Positions 46,377 through 53,013 of a stretch of DNA of 53,013 nt are shown piece after piece (position 1 is the stretch's first letter; each line of letters begins with the position of its first letter). The translations under genes and the position numbers were made by a program. This stretch comes from a virus. Lineage: Duplodnaviria > Caudoviricetes. The notes under the pieces were generated by a model that was not told the DNA's origin, did no database searches, and saw only the letters and a program-made list of their open reading frames with translations. Location: positions 1 through 53,013 of IMG/VR virus record IMGVR_UViG_3300017971_000346; one strand, given 5' to 3'.

Positions 46377-47480
46377 TTAAGTTATTGCTGCACCGTCATG
46401 ATACTGATTACTGTCTATTGTGTTAACAACGGTTAATTTTACTGGAGCGGTCAAACCGGACATTCCGGTCGGAGCGGAATCTGCCTGTAAAGCTTGGTAA
46501 GGCAAAGTAGAAGGTAATCGATTTACTCCGGTTCCTGCAAATGTGGGTTGGACTGGCACTAATTTTGGAAATTCAAATTTTACATAATTACTTGAGTCCA
46601 AGTAAAACATAACTTCCATTTTTTTGTGCTGTTTATCCCGGAATTCTTCAAAAAATGTGCGATCAACAGTCTCATTAAACTGCAATGTGACTAAAATATT
46701 ACTGTGAATTCCACTTGCTCGCGGTTCATCGGTTTGGAATGTTCTTGCGTTTGAAGTTGTTCTATTAGCGGTATAGTCCGGTTCATTTGGTCTGCCAATT
46801 GTAATTGAGACGTTGTTGACTAGAACACGATCTGAACCGTCTCCGCTAGAATCAAATGCTGCTCCGTCATTGTCATTCATATTGATTCTACAATGTGAAA
46901 AAGCATAAGGGGAATCTTCATTTCCGTATGTAAACGGAGTTGCTCCGCCCGGGAAATTATCAGAATCATTAGTTGCTGCCGCTCCGATAAGAACATCGTT
47001 TGCAATTCCCTGAACATTTAAGTCAAGATATTGACCATCACCTTGTGTTATTTCAATCAAATGTGGCTTTACAGATGGAAATTCATATAACTGAGCTGTT
47101 GTTGAATCAATCATTACTGCACCAGAGAAAAACCGACCTGATACAACGTCTGCCATAGTTATTTCATGCGTATAGACACCAGCCGCTACTGACCCCGAGT
47201 CACTACCGATCAATTGGCAGACCGGAATCCATAGTGCACCCGCTTTATACAATTTTGTTTTCATCGAAAATGCTACATTTTTTACACCATTATAAACTTG
47301 TTTTGGAAATGCCCGGCCCATTGCGGTATCTTCAATTTGAGCATTCTGTGGACATAAAGGAGAAATTTCTTCAATCGGTACTCCTGCTGGACCAGTTAAA
47401 GCAACAGATGTTCCCCACGAAACACCCTTGATAAGACCAAAGAATAAATTTTGTCCGATTCCAGTTCCATCTACTGACAT
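46377..47480 (-). CDS. Major tail tube protein
   Basis: 367 aa, located before the chaperones and TMP; YTHEIT and FEFPK motifs; no sheath gene. Confidence 0.7.
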   Translation of the reverse strand: MSVDGTGIGQNLFFGLIKGVSWGTSVALTGPAGVPIEEISPLCPQNAQIEDTAMGRAFPKQVYNGVKNVAFSMKTKLYKAGALWIPVCQLIGSDSGSVAAGVYTHEITMADVVSGRFFSGAVMIDSTTAQLYEFPSVKPHLIEITQGDGQYLDLNVQGIANDVLIGAAATNDSDNFPGGATPFTYGNEDSPYAFSHCRINMNDNDGAAFDSSGDGSDRVLVNNVSITIGRPNEPDYTANRTTSNARTFQTDEPRASGIHSNILVTLQFNETVDRTFFEEFRDKQHKKMEVMFYLDSSNYVKFEFPKLVPVQPTFAGTGVNRLPSTLPYQALQADSAPTGMSGLTAPVKLTVVNTIDSNQYHDGAAIT

Positions 47481-47503
47481 TTTTATAACTCCTGTTTTAT
47501 TGA

Positions 47504-47983
47504 TTATTGATTTATTTCATCCAAATGATTCAGATTATACTGTAAAATCGCTCCCCAATTATATGCACCGGATTCGTGTTCATCCCAGTCTAGATATTCA
47601 GTGCCTTCGTATGAACAAATATTAACAAAATTATTCAATCCAACGGTTTCCATGATAATTTCATTAATCGCACGCTCGTATCTGTATACTAATGTACTTA
47701 ACGTTCCCGGTGCGGCTGAGTGACTAATTATAATTTTAATTCTTAACGGAATATCCTTATAAATTGTACGTGAAGTATGTTCCGTTCCCCCTTGAAAAGA
47801 ATCCGGATAAATAAATATAGTCTGTTTATCTCTCACAAGTGCGGATTCTATTTTAAAATAAGTAAATGTAGAATTTAAAACGACTGAATCACCGTAATCC
47901 GTATTTAACTCTGTTATTTTTGCTGACATTCCTGCTATAAGTAAACTTTTGACTTGCTCTAATATTTGGTCTGTACTAATCAT
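47504..47983 (-). CDS. Tail terminator/completion protein
   Basis: Position and size. Confidence 0.55.
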   Translation of the reverse strand: MISTDQILEQVKSLLIAGMSAKITELNTDYGDSVVLNSTFTYFKIESALVRDKQTIFIYPDSFQGGTEHTSRTIYKDIPLRIKIIISHSAAPGTLSTLVYRYERAINEIIMETVGLNNFVNICSYEGTEYLDWDEHESGAYNWGAILQYNLNHLDEINQ

Positions 47984-47997
47984 ATAATTGCACCATT

Positions 47998-48501
47998 TTA
48001 AAGTTTAGTGTCAAAAAATTTATTGTCACTGAATAATTTAAAATAATATTGCTCAAGACGTTTCATAAATTTTTTTTCATCGTCCTTTTTCATATTTACT
48101 ATTGGCCGTGCAGGTATTTTGTCTGTACCTTTTTGGTGAAAAGGAAATTTTTCATCTGGAGTATACCATTTCATTTCAACAGATTTACCGAGTTTTTTTA
48201 TTTCCGTGTCATTCCCTTGACCTTTGGCCAATGACTTTCTCATATCGCCATCGTAAACTAAAACAGTTCGGCCCGGTCGTTTTTTTGTTTTAGCTTTCAA
48301 ATACGCTTCACTTAATTGTTTCCATTTTCCGGATTTTGTAGAACGTCCTTCTGATGAAAAAACTCGATCAAGCAACATATATAAAATTAATGAAAAGTCA
48401 TTAATCAATTTTTTTGCTATTTTTTTTTCATCCAATAATTTGATTAAAACGTTTAATCGTCGCATAGCAACTATTTTATTTTTAAATGTTATTTCCATCA
48501 T
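47998..48501 (-). CDS. Virion morphogenesis protein (Mu gpG/P2 gpS-like)
   Basis: F..EG....W..LS..Y...K, L..DG.MR.SL, FHQKGT.KIPARP. Confidence 0.8.
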   Translation of the reverse strand: MMEITFKNKIVAMRRLNVLIKLLDEKKIAKKLINDFSLILYMLLDRVFSSEGRSTKSGKWKQLSEAYLKAKTKKRPGRTVLVYDGDMRKSLAKGQGNDTEIKKLGKSVEMKWYTPDEKFPFHQKGTDKIPARPIVNMKKDDEKKFMKRLEQYYFKLFSDNKFFDTKL

Positions 48502-48510
48502 ACTATAAAT

Positions 48511-49209
48511 TTACCATTTTGTACTAAAAGCTATTTTTTGTAAATCATCGTCGGTAGAATTTTTAGCCATGTAACTAGAAACTGTTAAATTTGTTTCTTT
48601 TTGCTCTTCGTCAACAACAGCATCTAATAAACCCGGTATATTTTGTATTGCCCAAATTCCATCCTGTGTATTTTTGCTACCATAGTACTTATCGCACAAA
48701 GATTTTGAATAATTAGATTCGTTAGGTGAAATACTTTGAAATGCATTTTGCATTGTTTGGCATGCTGCACCGTAAGCATTGAGATCACTAACAAAGCCTA
48801 GCGCTGAATTGACTACATATAATGTAACGTTTGCTTCAAAATTAAAAGTAACTATGTCCAATGTCAAAGTATCGCCTGATATACTTTTAATATTTGCTTT
48901 ATCGATTGTTACAATCCCGTTAGATAGCCCATAAATCAAAACATCGTCTTTTGTTGTAAATTGCGATCCGTCTGTAACAATAACAGATACATCTGTTCCT
49001 GCCGTAATTGACAAAGCGATTGTATCCGACACATCATGTAAATTGTCTGGATCATACCCAGCGCCAAAAAGGATTAATCGCAAATGATTAGAAGCTAATT
49101 TGATGAAATTTTTTATTTCAGTAGTATTTGGTTCGCTACTATCATCAAATGTATATTGCTGAATTTTTTCGGTAACATCAGCTAAACTACAAAACATTTT
49201 CATAATCAA
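48511..49209 (-). CDS. Head-tail adaptor (Mu gp36-like) with inserted beta domain
   Basis: FCSLADV...FI..AS..L...L..AGY...LNAYGAA with a ~75-aa beta insert. Confidence 0.55.
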   Translation of the reverse strand: MIMKMFCSLADVTEKIQQYTFDDSSEPNTTEIKNFIKLASNHLRLILFGAGYDPDNLHDVSDTIALSITAGTDVSVIVTDGSQFTTKDDVLIYGLSNGIVTIDKANIKSISGDTLTLDIVTFNFEANVTLYVVNSALGFVSDLNAYGAACQTMQNAFQSISPNESNYSKSLCDKYYGSKNTQDGIWAIQNIPGLLDAVVDEEQKETNLTVSSYMAKNSTDDDLQKIAFSTKW

Positions 49210-49463
49210 ACCTCGCCTATAATCGGTTTCATTTGATTTCTTATCATTCCTTGAATAAAATCTGTAACATCTGTAACAATAAACAATTTTACTGAATCTT
49301 GATCCGATATTATCGTTTTATCGATTTCTTTTTTCGCTAATTGCTCAAAATTATCCGGACTACTATGGATAACTTTTTGGTAAATAGTTTCATTTCCCCA
49401 CGTACTTTGTTTGTCGCTATTCTCTTCTTTATGCTGTACTACCCAGGAAATTACAACGATCAT
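49206..49463 (-). CDS. Hypothetical protein
   Basis: AAGGAG SD. Confidence 0.6.
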   Translation of the reverse strand: MIVVISWVVQHKEENSDKQSTWGNETIYQKVIHSSPDNFEQLAKKEIDKTIISDQDSVKLFIVTDVTDFIQGMIRNQMKPIIGEV

Positions 49464-49471
49464 ATGACTCC

Positions 49472-51433
49472 TTATTGAATTATTCTGAAATACTCAATTA
49501 ATGGAAATGCTCCGTAATTTTTCTTAGATTTTGTGCTACCTCGCATTCGAATATCTACATTGGTTGAATCAAAGAAACCAACCCATCCAACGGTATCCCC
49601 AAATAATATTGTATGCCCGGCATCAGACCATAAATCGTTAGCAGTTGAGTCTGGCCAAGCGCACCCACCGGCATAACTATTAAATAAGATTGAACTATCG
49701 CAAGCCCAGCCCCAAAAATTTTCGTAACAAGTACCGTATCGAGCATTATCATTTCCGGTCGAAATAGTATTTGTAATTGTATGATTCGTATTAGCTAATG
49801 TTCCAGTACGAATTTCCATACCATAACTTCGATTATTAGCTATTATACAATGATCTACCGTTACAGTTGGGGTTGCATCATTCATGATTTCGAAAGCTCC
49901 GCAAATAGCGGTACATCTAACTGCTACAGTATATTCAACTGTAATTTCCCCACCGTCATCGCTTGAATTATCAATATTAATTGCTGCACCTTGCGCACCG
50001 CCAAGATTGCCTCCAGGCCCGTCCGGATACCCAACTTCAGCACACGCACATGAATCAAACCAGCAATTACTGATTGTAGCATAAATCGGATGGGACGATC
50101 CGGATAAATACAATCCTGCACCCTTATTGTATAATTTTCTGCCATTAACAATTTTTAGCCCATCGATAGTAAAGCTGGTATTTTCAGTAATATCACTTTC
50201 AAAAACACTTGTATCGTTTTCAGCATCAAACACAGAACGCTTAATATATCGCCAACGTAATCCACGTTCTTCTTTCGTAGTTTCCCAACCTTCAAACCCA
50301 CCGAAAATGTCAACATTCGACTTGATCGTTAGTGGAAAAGTATGGGTATCTGTGTCATATCTACCTTCCGCGATCCAGATTTCGTCGAATTCACTGGCTT
50401 TATCCCAACAGCTATCTAGCGTGGAGTATACGCAATCTTGACCGGCCCAGGCATTTGATTCAACAGGTTTCATGTAGACAATCGTAAAAGTCCTATCATA
50501 CGAACTGTTAAAATCGGCACCGCGGGACCATTCACTGCCAATTAAATCCTGATCAATGTCAGTTGTGAAATAAGCACTCAAATCGGATCCAGTACTTACA
50601 GCGACCGAACCAGACTTCAAATGTAAATCCGGAGTTGAAGTACTGACAATTACGTCTGATGCTGTCTTGTTTATCATTGCCCGGGCACCACCGGCGGTCG
50701 CGTCGCTAGAAAGATTGTTAATTGAGCCAGTTGAAAAATTGGCATCTAGCTGAAAATCTGCTGTAGAATTATTCAAGCAAACATTATTTTTCCCCTGAAC
50801 CGGTGGTGCATCAAGCCAAAGACCACGATCTGAATCTAGTATTGTGTTATTCCATACATAGATCGTAGAATCATTTTGATAACAACGTATCCCAGCATCT
50901 TCACAGTCCCAAACAAAATTAGAATAAAATTGGATGTTTCCACCGTTATTTCCTGATGCAGCAAAGTTGTAAATACCAAACCTACAGGTATAAACTTCAC
51001 AATATCGGACAATACACCCATAACAAGATGAATCTGAATTCTCGGAATGAATATATATTCCCGTCTCGTAGATACTAGCGGTTAATTTTAGACCATCAAT
51101 TATAACATGCCGTTCTTTTACTTCGATAACAGCGGAGTCTGTAACTGCCGTAATTACTGCTCTAGTTCCGGTTCCGCCAAGTCGATTTGAATCTGCAACG
51201 GTAACCATTCTATAATATTGGCTATTCGAATACGCACCTTCCATTTTTAGCGAACCTGTGAAAGAATTTCGAATTTCTGCTATATGAATTTTTTGAGCAG
51301 TCACTAGATCAATATCTGTTGAATCCTCCCATGCCTCCCAGTCAGAATCTGAAGTGATCCCAGTGACAATTGTTGCTGAATATCCGGAAAGGTACAATAA
51401 AAATAACCAAATTAAAATTATTATTTTTTTCAT
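49472..51433 (-). CDS. Secreted pectin-lyase-like beta-helix protein (start re-called to 51433)
   Basis: MKKIIILIWLFLLYLSGYSA signal peptide; two right-handed beta-helix regions (WNNTI, DLHLKSGS, DEIWIAEGRY, IFGGFEGWET). Confidence 0.75.
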   Translation of the reverse strand: MKKIIILIWLFLLYLSGYSATIVTGITSDSDWEAWEDSTDIDLVTAQKIHIAEIRNSFTGSLKMEGAYSNSQYYRMVTVADSNRLGGTGTRAVITAVTDSAVIEVKERHVIIDGLKLTASIYETGIYIHSENSDSSCYGCIVRYCEVYTCRFGIYNFAASGNNGGNIQFYSNFVWDCEDAGIRCYQNDSTIYVWNNTILDSDRGLWLDAPPVQGKNNVCLNNSTADFQLDANFSTGSINNLSSDATAGGARAMINKTASDVIVSTSTPDLHLKSGSVAVSTGSDLSAYFTTDIDQDLIGSEWSRGADFNSSYDRTFTIVYMKPVESNAWAGQDCVYSTLDSCWDKASEFDEIWIAEGRYDTDTHTFPLTIKSNVDIFGGFEGWETTKEERGLRWRYIKRSVFDAENDTSVFESDITENTSFTIDGLKIVNGRKLYNKGAGLYLSGSSHPIYATISNCWFDSCACAEVGYPDGPGGNLGGAQGAAINIDNSSDDGGEITVEYTVAVRCTAICGAFEIMNDATPTVTVDHCIIANNRSYGMEIRTGTLANTNHTITNTISTGNDNARYGTCYENFWGWACDSSILFNSYAGGCAWPDSTANDLWSDAGHTILFGDTVGWVGFFDSTNVDIRMRGSTKSKKNYGAFPLIEYFRIIQ

Positions 51434-51434
51434 A

Positions 51435-53013
51435 TTATGGCCTTGTATAGTGATAAAAAACGTTAAAAGAAATCCAATCGCATACGTCGGTCGGTCTAAC
51501 AATTGCAAAATGTTCACCATTCGCTACGGTAGAAGTGGTTAACGTGGTTTCAACTCTATAATAGATATTTTCACCATTTTCTGTTATTCGAGTTGAGTCA
51601 ATTCTAGCGGGTGAACCACCGGAATATTTATGTTTTACGAATATAACATCAACGTCATCGGTAGATGAAAATAAGTTAATACTGTCGATTGTTACGGTCG
51701 CTCCGGTCCAATTCTGCCAGAGTCGAATTGTATCACTAGACGCGGAAACCGGAGTATCAATAACCTTATGAAAATAGTCTGTAACAGCATCGTACTCGGA
51801 TTTTTTTAAATAATCCTGAGTCGTTTCACAAAAATCAAACACGGCATCGCTAGAAGGGATAGAATCAGTATCACCGTTCGTTACTAGAACAGAAACGTTG
51901 ACATCGATTGCATCGTTATTAGTGATCGTTAAACCATCACCGTCATAATGGACTAAACTATCCCCAAAATTTGCTTGAAATAACCGTGTATTCATTGTAT
52001 CTGCCAAAGAATATACATCTGTATAGTCGATCGGACAATGGGTTGATACATAAATTTTCCCTGCTGAAATATGCGAATATGCAACATACCCTACAATTGC
52101 CTTGTAACCAGACGTAGGTTCCGTGGTAGTGAATTCCCCCGCGACTGAATTAGACAAATATAATAAATCACCATCATCATAAGCAGATGTATTCAAATTC
52201 TTTACAAGGCCAAAAGTGGTTACATAGCCGTTCGAATTATTTTCAATTGTATGTGTTGCTACACCTAGCATATGACTAGTCCGGTTCGCATCCGCTTTCG
52301 CAAGCTCAATTGTAGGCAATTGATTTGTTGCACTATCTAGATAAACTACTTTTCCGTCCGTAATATCAGACCCAGAAATATTTCTAACTCTCACGTAACT
52401 TTCTTGACCTAATTGTAATGATACTTCGCTATCTTCTGAATAACAAGTAAGCGCGTGGTCATTGTCATCATAATACACCAATCCTTCATTATGTGCCGGT
52501 GGGGTTGCTTTTGGTTTCATTTGTATAGTCGCGAACTCATGATTTTCTACTGAATCACCAACGTCTGCGCGTAGAGTGTATAACGTTATATCGTACTGAG
52601 TCGCTAATTCTGTTGAATCTACAACAAAAGACCGATTAGATGAAATATCACCACCGCCATTCAAGCCGTATCCTGCTGTTAAAGTCACTCCAGAGTGTGC
52701 CACGTGTTCATCCGCGACAAAATCGGAAAACCCATCATGTTCCGCACCACCGCTTTCCGCCGCTCCAATTGTTGATCTTACGGTCCCTGCGTCGGCATCA
52801 TCGACAATAGTTGCGCCAAAAGCGCTTATTTCGGTACTCGCTGGTAATGATAACGTTTTCAAATCGGTATCTACCTCGGAGTCCATTAACGCTCCAGCCG
52901 ATGTGACATTATCTGTATCGGTAACATCTGCGCCATCCTCAACGTTAATGTCTGACCTGACTTCCGCGTAACTTCGACCCTCAATTCCGTTCGCGGTTAA
53001 TTTCGCGTAGTCA
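51435..53013 (-). CDS. Partial fibre/decoration-like protein (open to right end)
   Basis: Frame stays open from 53012 (DYAKLTANGIEGRSYAEVRSDINVEDGADVTD...); contains VRNISGSDITDGKVVY...GYVTTFGLV...GDLLYLS, a cement-like domain. Confidence 0.75.
   Translation of the reverse strand, partial: DYAKLTANGIEGRSYAEVRSDINVEDGADVTDTDNVTSAGALMDSEVDTDLKTLSLPASTEISAFGATIVDDADAGTVRSTIGAAESGGAEHDGFSDFVADEHVAHSGVTLTAGYGLNGGGDISSNRSFVVDSTELATQYDITLYTLRADVGDSVENHEFATIQMKPKATPPAHNEGLVYYDDNDHALTCYSEDSEVSLQLGQESYVRVRNISGSDITDGKVVYLDSATNQLPTIELAKADANRTSHMLGVATHTIENNSNGYVTTFGLVKNLNTSAYDDGDLLYLSNSVAGEFTTTEPTSGYKAIVGYVAYSHISAGKIYVSTHCPIDYTDVYSLADTMNTRLFQANFGDSLVHYDGDGLTITNNDAIDVNVSVLVTNGDTDSIPSSDAVFDFCETTQDYLKKSEYDAVTDYFHKVIDTPVSASSDTIRLWQNWTGATVTIDSINLFSSTDDVDVIFVKHKYSGGSPARIDSTRITENGENIYYRVETTLTTSTVANGEHFAIVRPTDVCDWISFNVFYHYTRP
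51504..51522 (-). promoter_or_regulatory. Candidate sigma54 promoter ahead of the beta-helix/neck/tail genes
   Basis: GAATGGTGAACATTTTGCA has GG-N10-GC spacing and is 14/18 identical to the 4085-4102 site. Confidence 0.45.

Noticed and set aside
51434-51520. Track start at 51520 for the beta-helix gene
   Set aside because: It overlaps the upstream gene by 86 nt; ATG 51433 follows the upstream stop and gives a canonical signal peptide.
1120-51542. Numerous antisense or alternate-frame ORFs in the track (e.g. 1120-1395, 3207-3551, 12539-12838, 19429-19692, 21450-21964, 44579-45004, 49555-50441)
   Set aside because: They are shadows of longer, motif-bearing genes, with no SD or recognisable motifs.
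1-53013. DGR/retron, tRNAs, introns/inteins, alternative genetic code
   Set aside because: I saw no reverse transcriptase motifs, cloverleafs, or intein/intron signatures by eye, and the standard code gives dense intact genes. A dedicated scan could still find a missed tRNA.

Overview
This window is an AT-rich, near-complete (possibly circularly permuted) genome of a tailed dsDNA phage with siphovirus-type morphogenesis genes. The minus strand carries a Mu-like head module (terS, terL, DUF935 portal fused to a gpF-like domain, protease/scaffold, decoration protein, major capsid). It wraps round the window ends into the neck and tail genes (adaptor, gpG-like, terminator, tube, G/GT chaperones with a -1 frameshift, tape measure, hub, LamG tip) and a holin-like cassette with no recognisable endolysin. 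The middle holds a promoter-punctuated early region, two orphan methyltransferases, and a replication/recombination module (AAA_25 helicase, PD-(D/E)XK nuclease, AAA_24 ATPase, ERCC4 nuclease, split family A DNA polymerase). I recognised no integrase, transposase, tRNA, CRISPR array or reverse transcriptase. Four features are most unusual. (1) A regulatory-domain-less sigma54 enhancer-binding protein (intact GAFTGA) sits among the late genes, and two matching -24/-12 sites (GAATGGT-N4-ATTTTGC) lie ahead of the capsid and neck/tail operons. (2) A coupled secreted-dockerin / cohesin gene pair ends the lysis-like cassette. (3) At least five signal-peptide proteins are embedded in the virion genes, three with Gln at +1, hinting at an FCB-group host. 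(4) Two dense, roughly helically phased TGAAC arrays are present, one inside a gene for a membrane-anchored coiled-coil/HTH protein. All calls are by-eye motif recognition; no searches were run.
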